A DNA stretch of 64,000 bases from an uncultured Gammaproteobacteria bacterium (GTDB lineage: Bacteria; Patescibacteriota; Patescibacteriia; UBA2591; UBA6264). Of the stretch, positions 1-10,252 are shown piece by piece (position 1 is the stretch's first letter; each line of letters starts with the position of its first letter). Under the pieces are notes generated by a model. That model was given only the letters and a program-made list of their open reading frames with translations, had not been told where the DNA came from and ran no database searches. Made by a program: the position numbers and the translations under genes. The DNA lies in the NCBI GenBank assembly GCA_964596735.1, contig CAZQVF010000002.1:82321-146320 (forward strand), in the 5' to 3' direction.

Positions 1-97
1 GTTTAGTGGTGTAATGCCCCAAGTGCATGCCTGCCTTAACTAATTCATCTGTAGAAGGCATTTTAACTTTATTAGATTTTGCTTGCTTTTTCAACAT
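1..97 (-). CDS. rpsB: 30S ribosomal protein S2, 5' end (runs off window)
   Basis: Manual translation from ATG at 97 gives MLKKQAKSNKVKMPSTDELVKAGMHLGHYTTK, matching the S2 N-terminal ELxxAGxHxGH motif. Confidence 0.85.
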   Translation of the reverse strand, partial: MLKKQAKSNKVKMPSTDELVKAGMHLGHYTTK

Positions 98-231
98 AAA
101 CTTAAATAGATTAAAAATTAGACCTTAATGACACTAAGTATAACATAGATATAAAAAAGGTAAAGACTGGGTTGCTAAAAATTTTATTTTTGTTATATTA
201 TATCTACTCTTAAATTTCAAAAATATTTCTT

Positions 232-489
232 ATGGCTAAAAAAGATATTCATCCAAAATATTATCCAAAAGCAAAGGTCAAATGTGCCTGTGGCGCTGAA
301 TTAAAAGTGGGCTCAACTCAAAAGCTAACCGAAGTGGAAATTTGCTCAAATTGTCATCCTCTTTATACTGGTAAACAGAAATTTATTGATACGGCTGGAA
401 GACTAGAAAGATATGAAAAAATGGTGGCTAAATCTTCTGCTTTAAAAAAGAATATTAAGGATAAAACTAAAAAGAAAAAAACAAAATAA
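232..489 (+). CDS. rpmE: 50S ribosomal protein L31 (Zn-binding type)
   Basis: MAKKDIHPKY...CACG...EICSNCHPLYTGKQKFIDTAGRLERY. Confidence 0.97.
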   Translation: MAKKDIHPKYYPKAKVKCACGAELKVGSTQKLTEVEICSNCHPLYTGKQKFIDTAGRLERYEKMVAKSSALKKNIKDKTKKKKTK

Positions 490-570
490 GAACCTGCGTT
501 CGCAGAATCTTGAAATTAAATAACAATTTAATTATAAGTAAAACTTGAAACTAAATATCAAGTTAATTAA
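486..570 (+). repeat. Dispersed intergenic repeat (AGAACCTGC family), copy 1, tandem unit
   Basis: ATAAGAACCTGC-gttc-GCAGAATCTTGAAATTAAAT-aaca-ATTTAATTATAAG-taaaa-CTTGAAACTAAAT; begins on the rpmE stop codon. Confidence 0.85.
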
Positions 571-572
571 AG

Positions 573-1616
573 ATGCAAGATCAAGCTGATCAATTTAAAG
601 AACAAGCTAAGGCTTTAGAGGATCAATTACAAGATCCTAATGTTTATAATAATCCAGAAAAGTTAAGAGAAATTTCTCAAAAATACAATCAATTAAAAGA
701 TTTAATAAGGGATTTTCGTCAATTACAGGAGATTAATCAGAAGATCTTTAACACGGAAAAACTTTTGAACGAAGAACCAAACGCTGATATGATTAATCTG
801 GCTAAAAAAGAGGTTAAACTACTAGAAAAAGACAAAAAAATACTAGAGAAGAAAATAAAAGAACAAACTAAGCCTCAAAGTAAAATTGATAAAAAAAATG
901 CTATTATTGAAATCAGAGCGGGTACGGGTGGTGGTGAAGCGGCCCTATTTGCCGCTGATTTATTTAGAATGTATTCTCGCTATGCTGAAAGAAAGGTCTG
1001 GGGAATTCATCTAATTTCTTCCCATCCCACAAGCATTGGCGGGTTTAAGGAGATAATCTTTGAAATTAGAGGACCAGGGGCTTATCAGGCTTTAAAAAAT
1101 GAAAGTGGAGTTCATCGCGTTCAACGTATTCCAGAAACAGAAAAAAGCGGCCGCCTTCATACCTCGGCTGCTTCAGTTGTTGTTCTCCCTGAAGCTGATC
1201 CTATTGATATAAATATAGATCCAGGTGACCTTAAAATTGATACTTTTCGTGCTTCAGGTCATGGTGGACAAAACGTTCAAAAAAATGAAACCGCCATTAG
1301 AATTACCCACCTGCCGACTGGTTTAGTTGTTTCTTGTCAGGACGAGAGAAGTCAAAAACAAAACAAAGAAAGAGCATTAACTGTTCTTCGCTCGCGTCTA
1401 CTCGTTATTGAAGAGGAAAAAAAACATAAAAACTTAAAAAGAAAAAGACAGTCCCATATTGGCACTGGTGATCGTTCAGAAAAAATCAGAACATATAATT
1501 TTCCTCAAGATCGGGTTACTGACCATCGAGTTAAAAAATCCTGGCACGATCTTAATCAAATTCTAAATGGTGGCTTAGAACGGATTATTAAATATCTGGT
1601 AACAAAAAATAATTAA
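573..1616 (+). CDS. prfA: Peptide chain release factor 1
   Basis: GGQ motif (GHGGQNV), PxT anticodon motif (RIPETE), ESGVHRVQR, RTYNFPQDRVTDHR. Confidence 0.97.
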   Translation: MQDQADQFKEQAKALEDQLQDPNVYNNPEKLREISQKYNQLKDLIRDFRQLQEINQKIFNTEKLLNEEPNADMINLAKKEVKLLEKDKKILEKKIKEQTKPQSKIDKKNAIIEIRAGTGGGEAALFAADLFRMYSRYAERKVWGIHLISSHPTSIGGFKEIIFEIRGPGAYQALKNESGVHRVQRIPETEKSGRLHTSAASVVVLPEADPIDINIDPGDLKIDTFRASGHGGQNVQKNETAIRITHLPTGLVVSCQDERSQKQNKERALTVLRSRLLVIEEEKKHKNLKRKRQSHIGTGDRSEKIRTYNFPQDRVTDHRVKKSWHDLNQILNGGLERIIKYLVTKNN

Positions 1617-2662
1617 TAAAGGACTTGATGATTGTTAGAAACAATCTCTATCCAAATTGACCCGGGCAAAAACTCTATTTCCTCCCCCTGAGAATTATAA
1701 TATATAGTTCTTTTATTTTTTTCTAATTTTTGCCAAGTTCCCTGAGTTAAAACACCCTTTTGAAAAATAAGTGCCTCACCCTGACCTAAGGTGGTAATCT
1801 CTCTGCGGCCAATAGCATCTAAAATTTTAATATTTGTTTTTTGAATAATTAAATTGGGAGTTTGTACCTGTCTTCCTTTTTCATCAACAAATTCTTTTCC
1901 ATTTTGATAACGTAAATAAGCTTGTTTCTCTTTGTCAAATTGCCAAATAACTGGCTCTCGATAATCAATTTTAACAATTAAATTATTTGCTTGGACATCA
2001 ATTAAATCCATTTGCTTGTAGGGCCAAGGAATAAAATCTGACCTTAACTCATTGGTCAGTTTTTTCTTTTCTATTACCTTATTAATTGATTCTTTTGAAA
2101 TGTATATATTATGGGGTTTATCTCTTTGATTGTCTCGCCAAAAATATTTTCCATCACCGCTGATTTCATCTAAATTATATATTTGATATTCTCTATTTTT
2201 TACTTTTTGTAAAAAGTCAGGGCTGCCTCCAGCATGGACAAACAAGCCACTGTATTCTTCGGCCAACTCAGCAAGATAAGGACGCGCTGATCTAACTGGT
2301 CCTATTTTATCTGGTAAAAACTCTTGATTAAAAATCATTAAAAGGCGGGTAATATCTGCTTCCATTGGCGTCTCATAGACAATAGAGGCAAAATTCACCC
2401 CGGCTATGGGCCAAGATTCACTAAAATTATCCAAAACCAAAGCAATTGGCAATTGGGTCTCGGCTCCTTGTTTTAAAGAAACATCTATCTCTATTAATGG
2501 AGCTTTTTCCATTTGAACAACTGATTCATCTTTCTGAATATTTTCTAAGGTTTCTAAAACAGGTCTTTGTTCATTTTGTCCAAAAAATATTAGAATCCAG
2601 ATTAAAATAAAAAAAAGGCCTAAAGCTATTAGCCAAAAGGTTTTGGTTAACTTAAATAACAT
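1613..2662 (-). CDS. DUF3048-family membrane-anchored protein
   Basis: N-terminal TM helix, then ASIVYE..EADITR, IGPVRSARPY, HAGGS, KPHNIY. Start moved to MLFKL (2662); the longer ORF is a read-through of the rplY 3' end. Confidence 0.75.
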   Translation of the reverse strand: MLFKLTKTFWLIALGLFFILIWILIFFGQNEQRPVLETLENIQKDESVVQMEKAPLIEIDVSLKQGAETQLPIALVLDNFSESWPIAGVNFASIVYETPMEADITRLLMIFNQEFLPDKIGPVRSARPYLAELAEEYSGLFVHAGGSPDFLQKVKNREYQIYNLDEISGDGKYFWRDNQRDKPHNIYISKESINKVIEKKKLTNELRSDFIPWPYKQMDLIDVQANNLIVKIDYREPVIWQFDKEKQAYLRYQNGKEFVDEKGRQVQTPNLIIQKTNIKILDAIGRREITTLGQGEALIFQKGVLTQGTWQKLEKNKRTIYYNSQGEEIEFLPGSIWIEIVSNNHQVLY

Positions 2663-2666
2663 GGGC

Positions 2667-3335
2667 CTATTTTTTTGGTTGTTCTCGTTTGCCTTCTTCA
2701 GCTGGTTTTTCTTCTTCAGCTTCTTCTTCGGCTGGCTTTTCTTCTTCAACCTCTTCTTCGGCTGGCTTTTCTTCTTCAACCTCTTGCCTTGGCCTTTCTA
2801 CTTGAACAACCATTTCTTCTGCCTCATCTATAATTTTTACTTTTGAAGGCACATTTAAATCTTTAACTCTAATAATGTCCTCAAAGGTTTTTAAAACAGA
2901 TATATCAACTTCAATTTCATGAATTAAATCTTCTGTTAAACATTCTATTTCTACCTTATCTAGGTTATGAAATAAAACTCCGCCCAATTCTTTGACCGCT
3001 GGTGCTTCACCAATAAGTTTTAATCCTGTTTCTACTTTAATTTTTTGTCCTTCCTTAATTTTATAAAAATCAATGTGTTGAAAATTGTCTTTCAAGGGGT
3101 GACGTTGCAAGTCGTGAATTAAAACCTTGATTGGTTTACCTCCCTCAATCTCTAAATTAATTAAACTGCTTTCGCCAGCCTCTTTAAAAACTTTTTTAAA
3201 ATCCAAAGCTAAAACCTGAATAGACTTGGGTTTAAATCCATGACCATAAACAACAGCGGGGATCAATCCCTGTTCTTTTATTTTTTTTGTTTTTCTTCCC
3301 TTTAATTCTCTGAGTTGTGCTTTTAAACTTAACAT
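2667..3335 (-). CDS. rplY: 50S ribosomal protein L25/CTC
   Basis: IPAVVYGHG, QRHPLK..FQHIDFY, acidic C-terminal EEEKPAEE repeats. Confidence 0.95.
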   Translation of the reverse strand: MLSLKAQLRELKGRKTKKIKEQGLIPAVVYGHGFKPKSIQVLALDFKKVFKEAGESSLINLEIEGGKPIKVLIHDLQRHPLKDNFQHIDFYKIKEGQKIKVETGLKLIGEAPAVKELGGVLFHNLDKVEIECLTEDLIHEIEVDISVLKTFEDIIRVKDLNVPSKVKIIDEAEEMVVQVERPRQEVEEEKPAEEEVEEEKPAEEEAEEEKPAEEGKREQPKK

Positions 3336-3348
3336 AAACTTTTGGTTT

Positions 3349-3399
3349 TAAAATTAAAATACCTTAACTTCTTAGTTCCGCCAAACAGGTTCTCATAAT
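3349..3399 (-). repeat. Dispersed intergenic repeat, degenerate copy 2
   Basis: Minus strand ATTATGAGAACCTG-tttg-GCGGAACTAAGAAGTTAAGGTATTTTAATT; begins on the rodA TGA stop. Confidence 0.55.
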
Positions 3400-4511
3400 G
3401 ATATCATATCTTCATATTTTGTAAATGGTTGATGAGTGACTACACTCTCTACCAGGCCAATAGATATCAGGCTGATTAATAATGAGCTCCCTCCATAGCT
3501 AACAAAAGGTAGGGGCACCCCAACAACAGGAACCAGCCCAATATTCATGCCAATATTAATAAAGGCTTGGAAGAAAATAGAAAGGGTGGTTCCTAGAATT
3601 AAAATCAAACCAAAATTATCATAAACAGTCCGAGCCAATCTAATTAAACGATAAAAAAGACCGGCGTAAATACCCAAAAGAAGTAGACAGCCGATAAAAC
3701 CAAATTCTTCAGCTAAAACAGCAAAGATAAAATCTGTTTCTCCGGCTGGTAAAAACCTTAATTGCGATTGTGGGCCCAAACCAAAGCCCCTGCCGACAAC
3801 TTGACCTGAACCAACGGCCACAATTGACTGAGTAATTTGATAGCCGCGGTCTAAGGGATCTCCTTGTGGATTAATATAGGTTAAAATTCTGTCTTTTTGA
3901 TAATCTTGCAAAAAGAATAACCAAGATGAAGAGAATACCAGAATAAGAATGACTAACAAACTAATAAAATGTTTTTTATTCTTATCAACCAAAAAGAGGA
4001 TGCCAAACCAAAGAATAATAATCATTAGAGCCGAACCTAAATCTGGCTGACGAATAATCAAAAAGATTAAAGGCAAGATCAAGATAAAACTAATTAATAT
4101 GTGTTTAAGGCGGACTGGTAAACGAGCTTCTTGCCAGAATTTAGCTAATATAATAATGGCGGTCAATTTTGCTAACTCAGCTGGTTGAAAATTAAAAAAT
4201 CCAAGGCTTAACCATCCTTGAACTCCACGAAAAACCTGACCAAAGAATAGCACACCAATTAAAAGTAAAATTGTCAGAAGATAAATTATATAAGCAGAAG
4301 AGCGGACAAAACGAAAATCAGTTAAGAAAACAATTAAAAATAAAATAAGCCCAATCAGGGCAAAAATACATTGTTTAAAAAAATCACCAGTACTTTCTCC
4401 TTCAACAGCCAAAGACAAACTATACTGAATAACTAAACCAAAAACGATTAAAAGAACCGTTAAAATAAATAAAATTGCATCAAAGCGTTTTAATTGAACA
4501 AGATTAATCAT
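3393..4511 (-). CDS. rodA: Rod shape-determining protein RodA (SEDS family)
   Basis: FQPAELAK, QPDLGSA, YQKDRI, GYQITQSIVAVGSG, TDFIFAVLAEEFG, LPFVSYGGSS. Confidence 0.93.
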   Translation of the reverse strand: MINLVQLKRFDAILFILTVLLIVFGLVIQYSLSLAVEGESTGDFFKQCIFALIGLILFLIVFLTDFRFVRSSAYIIYLLTILLLIGVLFFGQVFRGVQGWLSLGFFNFQPAELAKLTAIIILAKFWQEARLPVRLKHILISFILILPLIFLIIRQPDLGSALMIIILWFGILFLVDKNKKHFISLLVILILVFSSSWLFFLQDYQKDRILTYINPQGDPLDRGYQITQSIVAVGSGQVVGRGFGLGPQSQLRFLPAGETDFIFAVLAEEFGFIGCLLLLGIYAGLFYRLIRLARTVYDNFGLILILGTTLSIFFQAFINIGMNIGLVPVVGVPLPFVSYGGSSLLISLISIGLVESVVTHQPFTKYEDMISL

Positions 4512-4520
4512 TGGGTTGAT

Positions 4521-5366
4521 CTAATATGCTGGAATAAAAATTTCTGAATCAAAGGGATTAATATCAGGAACAATCTCAATATGACTATAAGAAGAGATTT
4601 TGGGCCAAATTAATTCTATTTGTCTTTGTTCATTGCCTTGCCAGTTTTTTACTGGAATAGTATTTATTCCGACAATCTTTGACTTCTGGTAAAGAATAAC
4701 TAATAAATTAACTTGCCAAAAACTATGAATTGATTCATTTTTTATTGAAAAAGAAACTTGTGGTAAGGCAATCATCTCTTCTTCAGAAATGGCATAACCT
4801 AATTCAATGTCTCCAAAGGTAAATTGTGATGGTATTTGAAGCAGTTGATCATTAGGGTCAATTCTTTTCCAGTCAACATTAGAAAGGATAAATTCTGCCT
4901 TGGTTAGTTTTCCACCCACTTCTTGTCCTAGGGCTGAAATATACTTTTCCGCTCCTGGTAAAATAAAGCCTTTTTGTATTTGTGTTTGTCCGTTTTCCCA
5001 GGAAAAATAATATTCAATTTCTTGGACAAACCATTCCTTGCTTGGATTTTTTACTTTGATAACAAAATCATATTTTGGTTCAGCTGAAGATAATCTAAGT
5101 AAAATAGGGTTTTCTAGGATTAGATTCTCGGGTTGAAAATGTTCATGCAATTTCAAATAGTCTATTTGTTCAGTAGTTAATTCTCTCAACCCTTGTTCAT
5201 GAGCCTCTTTTAAAGAAAAGTACTTGTATAATTGATAGCCGGCTATGCTCCAAACAACAATATTTAAAAGAATAACGACAATAAGCAAAAGGAGTTTAAG
5301 CTTTTTTTTATTGGCTAAATACCACTGGGCAAATCTAAGTTGTTTAGTGGTTAATTCTTCTGCCAT
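4521..5366 (-). CDS. Hypothetical protein with one N-terminal TM helix
   Basis: Long ORF; ATG at 5366 (MAEELTT) preferred over the TTG at 5405; beta-rich extracellular part. Confidence 0.7.
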   Translation of the reverse strand: MAEELTTKQLRFAQWYLANKKKLKLLLLIVVILLNIVVWSIAGYQLYKYFSLKEAHEQGLRELTTEQIDYLKLHEHFQPENLILENPILLRLSSAEPKYDFVIKVKNPSKEWFVQEIEYYFSWENGQTQIQKGFILPGAEKYISALGQEVGGKLTKAEFILSNVDWKRIDPNDQLLQIPSQFTFGDIELGYAISEEEMIALPQVSFSIKNESIHSFWQVNLLVILYQKSKIVGINTIPVKNWQGNEQRQIELIWPKISSYSHIEIVPDINPFDSEIFIPAY

Positions 5367-5460
5367 AACGCCCCTTATTTTACCAAACATTATTTGAAGC
5401 GGCAAGGGGTTGGCAGAATAAAATTATGTGCTAAAATTATATCTTAACCGATTAAATTAA

Positions 5461-5536
5461 AATTATAAGAACCTGCATTTGCAGAACCTTGAAATTAAAT
5501 ATTATTTATTATAGATAATAAAGTAATTTAATTATA
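5461..5536 (+). repeat. Dispersed intergenic repeat, copy 3
   Basis: AATTATAAGAACCTGC-attt-GCAGAACCTTGAAATTAAAT-N25-ATTTAATTATA, running directly into the ATG at 5536. Confidence 0.9.
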
Positions 5537-5829
5537 TGACAACTCAAAACTTCTTTTATATCACCTCCTCTTCTGCCATTATTATCTTGTCTCTATTGTT
5601 TGTCGTCCTGATAATCTTGGGCATTGTTATTGCCGTAAGAATTGCCAAAACATTTAGAAACGTGTCTCAGGCCTCAGAACAAGTCAATAAAACAGCAAAA
5701 GAATTAAGAGAAAAACTAAGAGTCTCTGCCTTAATGGGAACTTTTATGGAAGGGTTAAAGGAAATTATTCTCTTGGTAAAAGAAAAACGGGAGAGAAATG
5801 AAGGAAAGAAAAAAAAGAAAAAAGATTAA
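5536..5829 (+). CDS. Small membrane protein (TM helix plus coiled coil)
   Basis: 97-aa ORF, hydrophobic N-terminus, basic C-terminus. Confidence 0.7.
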   Translation: MTTQNFFYITSSSAIIILSLLFVVLIILGIVIAVRIAKTFRNVSQASEQVNKTAKELREKLRVSALMGTFMEGLKEIILLVKEKRERNEGKKKKKKD

Positions 5830-5891
5830 AAGACAGTTGTTTTTTTAGTTTTACTTAACCTTAGGTTATAATTTTTTATCCTTTTTTATTT

Positions 5892-8800
5892 ATGTTTACT
5901 CATCTTCATGTCCACAGTCATTACTCTTTGCTTGATGGTTTATCAAAAATTGATGGACTGATTGATCAAGCCAAAAAACATAAAATGAAATCCTTGGCCT
6001 TAACTGATCACGGCGTAATGTATGGCGTGATTGAATTTTATCAAAAAGCAAAAGAAGCCGGAATTAAACCAATTATTGGAGTTGAGGCATATGTGGCCAG
6101 ACATGGCCATTTAAATAAAAGGGTAAAAATAGATGAAAAACCTTATCACTTAATTCTTTTGGCCAAAGATGAACAAGGGTATAAAAATTTAGTTAAACTT
6201 ACCACTATTGCTCATTTAAAAGGTTTTTACTATAAACCCAGAATAGATTTTGAGCTTTTGAAAAAATATTCTCTTGGATTGATTTGTTTGAGTGCTTGCA
6301 TTCGAGGAGAAATTCCCCAATTAATTCTTGAAAAACAAAAAGACAAAGCTATTAAAAGAGCTTTGGAGTATCAAGAAATTTTTGGTGCAGAAAATTTTTA
6401 TTTAGAAGTTCAAGATCATCCAAAAAGCAAAGAGCAGACTTTAATTAACAAGGCTCTTTTTAATATTTCTAAAAAACATAACATTCCTGTGGTCGCTACC
6501 AATGATGTTCATTATGCTAAAAAAGAAGATGCAGAAATTCAAGATATTCTTCTTTGCTTGCAAACAAAAAGAAAACAACAAGATAAAGATAGAATGTGTT
6601 CTTTGGACTATGATCTTTCTCTCCAGCCTGAAGCAGAAATAAAAGAAGCCTTTAAAAACCATCCTGAAGTGATTACTAATACTCAAAAAATTGTTCAGGC
6701 CTGCAATCTAGAGATTGAATTAAAAAAGACCAAGCTCCCCTACTTTCCTTTACCAGAGGGGGAAACAGCTGATCAATATTTAAGAGAACTTTGTGAAGAA
6801 AAAATTAGTAATCGTTATCCAAGAAAAACCAAACAAGTTACTGATCGCCTTGATCATGAATTATCAATGATTGAAAAAACTGGATTTGCCTCTTATTTTT
6901 TAATTGTTCAGGACTTTGTTAACTGGGCTAAGGATAATAATATCGTGGTTGGACTAGGTCGCGGAAGCGTCGCCGGCTCAATTGTCTCTTATGCCCTAAA
7001 CATTACTGATATCGACCCTTTAAAATATGGGTTACTTTTTGAAAGATTTTTAACTGGTTCAAGAAATGAACCACCAGATATTGACTTGGATTTTGCAGAT
7101 ACGCGACGTGATGAGGTTATTCACTATGTTGAAGAAAAATATGGCCGAGATCATGTCGCCCAAATAATTACTTTTGGGACCATGGCGGCCCGAGCAGCGA
7201 TTAGAGATGTGGGACGAGTGCTTAATTATCCTTATACCTTTTGTGATAAATTAGCTAAAATGATTCCTTTTGGTAATACTTTGGAAAAAGCCTTAAAAGT
7301 CTCTGATGAGTTAAAAAACATTTATCAAACTAATGAAGATGCTCAAAAAATTATTGACGCAGCTAAAAAGTTAGAAGGAGTAGCTCGTCACGCATCAAAA
7401 CACGCCTGTGGTGTGGTAATTGCCCCTGAGGCTTTAAACCAATATGTTCCTACCCAATATGATGTCTCTGGCGGAGAAAAAACAATTATTACTCAATATG
7501 ACATGCACGCTGTTGAAGATATTGGTCTTTTAAAAGTGGATTTTTTGGGACTGAAAAACCTAACTATCATTGAAAGAACATTAAAATTAATAAAATACCG
7601 CTATGACAAAGATATTGATATAGCTCAAATACCCCTTGATGATGCAAAGACTTTTAAACTTTTACAAAAAGCAGAAACAACTGGGGTCTTTCAATTAGAA
7701 TGTCTAACTGGAGACACTGTTGTTTCTAACACAACGATAAAAAAATTATTTGAACAAAAAAATAAGAAAGTTTTAGAATCTGTTTATTTAGATGAAGGAA
7801 AAATACACAAGAATAAAATTAAAAATATTTTATACAAGGGCGAAAAAGAGGTTTATACATTAATTGCCAATAACAATCGTTATATAAAAACAACATTAAA
7901 CCATTATTTTTTAACGGAAAATGGCTGGAAAAAATTAAAAGACATAAAAATAGGAGACAAATTATTAATTAAAGAAAAGGCTAAACATTTAGTTTATAAT
8001 ATATGTAAAAATTGTGGCAAACAAATTAGTGGTAATCCCTTAAGAAAAAGTGTGTTTTGTTATCGCTGTTCAGCAGGTTTTTATAAAAATCCCTCTAAAC
8101 CGTCTTCTAGAAAAAAAATATCAAAATCAATAATTAATTTTTATCAAAAAGGGGGCAGGCCATGGAATTATGGAATAACCACCGAAAATAGCGAATTATG
8201 GAAACAAACCGCTAAAAAAATATCAAAAGCTCTTACAGGAAAAACGCTTGAAGACCGTTATGGCAAAGAAAAAGCAGAAAGAATAAAAAAAGAGATGTCA
8301 GAAAAATTCAAAGGAAAAAATAATCCAATGTTTGGAAAGCCGTCTCCTCATCGAAAGGGTGGATTTAGAAAAGATCTAGGGCATTATGTTCGTTCTGCCT
8401 GGGAAGCAGATTTTGCCAGAATTTTAAAATTGTATCACTATAAATATGAATATGAACCGATAACATTTGAATTAAAATTACCAAATAACGAAATCTACCA
8501 TTATACCCCTGATTTTTATGTTAAATCCAATAATACCTTTTATGAAGTTAAAGGATGGATGCACGATTTAGACGAAAAGAAAATAGAACTTTTCCAAAAA
8601 CAATACCCACAATACAATTTTGTATTAATTAATAAAACAAAATTTGCTGAATTCGCTCTACAATATAAAAATTTAATTAAATGGGAATGTCCTCGTATAC
8701 CTATTGAAAATAGCTTTAAATTCATAAAAGTCAAAAAAATATTCCCTTCTGGTAAAGAAAAAACTTATGATATTGTAATGGAATCTCCTGGGAATAATTT

Positions 8801-10220
8801 TGTCGCTAATAGTTTTGTTGTACATAACAGCGGGGGGATGCAGCGATATCTAAAGCAGCTTAAGCCAACGGTTTTTGAAGATATCATTGCCATGGTTGCT
8901 CTTTACCGGCCTGGACCTATGGAATTAATTCCTGATTATATTGCTGGAAAAAAGCAGTTAAGAAAACCACACTATCTTCATCCAAAACTGAAACCTATTT
9001 TAGATAAAACATATGGTATCGCTGTTTTCCAAGAACAAGTTTTACAAATTGTTCGTGACTTGGCTGGATTTTCTTTATCTGAAGCTGATGTTTTACGTAA
9101 AGCAGTAGGAAAAAAGATTGCCAAACTCCTTCAACAGCAAAAGACAAAATTTATCCATGGATGTATTAATAACAAAATTCCTAAAGAAACAGCTGAAAGA
9201 ATCTTTGCCTTTATAGAGCCTTTTGCTGGCTATGGATTTAATTTGGCTCATGCCACCTGCTATGCAACTATTTCTTATCAAACTGCTTATTTAAAAGCAA
9301 ATTATCCAGCTGAATTTATTGCCGCTCTTTTAACTGCCCACAAAGCTGATACAGACCGCATTTCTGTTGAAGTAGAAGAAGCTCGAAAAATGGGTTTAGA
9401 GGTTCTTCCTCCTGATATTAATGAGAGTTTTAAAAATTTTACTGTTGTTGATAAAAAAAATATTCGGTTTGGATTAATAGCGATTAAAAATGTTGGCGAA
9501 GGAATTGTTCAAGCTATTATTGAAGAAAGGGAAGAAAACGGCATATTTCAAAATCTAGAAGACTTTCTCGGCCGAGTTGATTCTAAGGATTTAAATAAAA
9601 AGTCTATGGAAAGCTTGGTTAAAAGTGGAGCCTTAGACAAGTTTGGCGAACGTAATCATCTTTTAAACAATATGGAAACACTGCTTGAATTTGTTAGAAA
9701 AAAACAAAAAGACAAGAATAACGGGCAGACTAGTCTTTTCGGGCTTTTATCTTTAACTGGCAAGGTGAATTTAAAATTAAAAAAATCTGATCCGGCTACT
9801 CATCAGGAAAAACTTCTTTGGGAAAGAGAACATTTAGGATTCTTTGTCTCTGAGCATCCTTTAAAACAATATCAAGAAGTTATTAAAAAATATGTTAAAC
9901 CTATTAATCAATTAGAATTATCCAATGGCTTTAAAAATTCTTCTATAAAAATATTAGGTCTAATTACTAAAATTAAAAAAATCACTACCTCTAGTAATGA
10001 GAATATGATTTTTGTTAAAGTAGAAGATTCTTTTGGCGAAATAGAAGTCATTGTCTTTCCTAAAATATTAAAACCTACTTCTAAGCTTTGGGAAGAAAAC
10101 AAAATGGTTTCTGTTGAGGGAAGGCTTTCTGATAAAGATGGTGAATTAAAATTAATTGCTGAAAGCGTCAAAGAAGTGACTAAAAACATGCTTGATGATC
10201 TCTTGCTTAAAAAAGAATAA
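5892..10220 (+). CDS. dnaE: DNA polymerase III alpha subunit, intein-containing
   Basis: PHP domain (HLHVHSHYSLLDG, TDHG), GRGSVAGS, PPDIDLDF, KVDFLGL, FAGYGFNLAH, C-terminal OB fold. Confidence 0.97.
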   Translation: MFTHLHVHSHYSLLDGLSKIDGLIDQAKKHKMKSLALTDHGVMYGVIEFYQKAKEAGIKPIIGVEAYVARHGHLNKRVKIDEKPYHLILLAKDEQGYKNLVKLTTIAHLKGFYYKPRIDFELLKKYSLGLICLSACIRGEIPQLILEKQKDKAIKRALEYQEIFGAENFYLEVQDHPKSKEQTLINKALFNISKKHNIPVVATNDVHYAKKEDAEIQDILLCLQTKRKQQDKDRMCSLDYDLSLQPEAEIKEAFKNHPEVITNTQKIVQACNLEIELKKTKLPYFPLPEGETADQYLRELCEEKISNRYPRKTKQVTDRLDHELSMIEKTGFASYFLIVQDFVNWAKDNNIVVGLGRGSVAGSIVSYALNITDIDPLKYGLLFERFLTGSRNEPPDIDLDFADTRRDEVIHYVEEKYGRDHVAQIITFGTMAARAAIRDVGRVLNYPYTFCDKLAKMIPFGNTLEKALKVSDELKNIYQTNEDAQKIIDAAKKLEGVARHASKHACGVVIAPEALNQYVPTQYDVSGGEKTIITQYDMHAVEDIGLLKVDFLGLKNLTIIERTLKLIKYRYDKDIDIAQIPLDDAKTFKLLQKAETTGVFQLECLTGDTVVSNTTIKKLFEQKNKKVLESVYLDEGKIHKNKIKNILYKGEKEVYTLIANNNRYIKTTLNHYFLTENGWKKLKDIKIGDKLLIKEKAKHLVYNICKNCGKQISGNPLRKSVFCYRCSAGFYKNPSKPSSRKKISKSIINFYQKGGRPWNYGITTENSELWKQTAKKISKALTGKTLEDRYGKEKAERIKKEMSEKFKGKNNPMFGKPSPHRKGGFRKDLGHYVRSAWEADFARILKLYHYKYEYEPITFELKLPNNEIYHYTPDFYVKSNNTFYEVKGWMHDLDEKKIELFQKQYPQYNFVLINKTKFAEFALQYKNLIKWECPRIPIENSFKFIKVKKIFPSGKEKTYDIVMESPGNNFVANSFVVHNSGGMQRYLKQLKPTVFEDIIAMVALYRPGPMELIPDYIAGKKQLRKPHYLHPKLKPILDKTYGIAVFQEQVLQIVRDLAGFSLSEADVLRKAVGKKIAKLLQQQKTKFIHGCINNKIPKETAERIFAFIEPFAGYGFNLAHATCYATISYQTAYLKANYPAEFIAALLTAHKADTDRISVEVEEARKMGLEVLPPDINESFKNFTVVDKKNIRFGLIAIKNVGEGIVQAIIEEREENGIFQNLEDFLGRVDSKDLNKKSMESLVKSGALDKFGERNHLLNNMETLLEFVRKKQKDKNNGQTSLFGLLSLTGKVNLKLKKSDPATHQEKLLWEREHLGFFVSEHPLKQYQEVIKKYVKPINQLELSNGFKNSSIKILGLITKIKKITTSSNENMIFVKVEDSFGEIEVIVFPKILKPTSKLWEENKMVSVEGRLSDKDGELKLIAESVKEVTKNMLDDLLLKKE
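7701..8828 (+). mobile_element. Intein (376 aa) in DnaE with Zn-finger/NUMOD3 and PD-(D/E)xK-type endonuclease
   Basis: Inserted at GVFQLE|S. Starts CLTGDT, block B TLNHYF, ends TYDIVM..NNFVANSFVVHN followed by Ser. Internal CKNC..CYRC, KGKNNPMFGK, RSAWE..YEYEP..YTPDF..EVKG. Confidence 0.93.
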
Positions 10221-10252
10221 ATTGATAAAATTGTATTATTAAAGCTAAAAAA

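Noticed and set aside
2663-2846. Lys-rich N-terminal extension of ORF 1613..2779 and the Phe-rich ORF 2643..2846
   Set aside because: Both are alternative-frame or antisense shadows of the EEEKPAEE repeats at the rplY 3' end.
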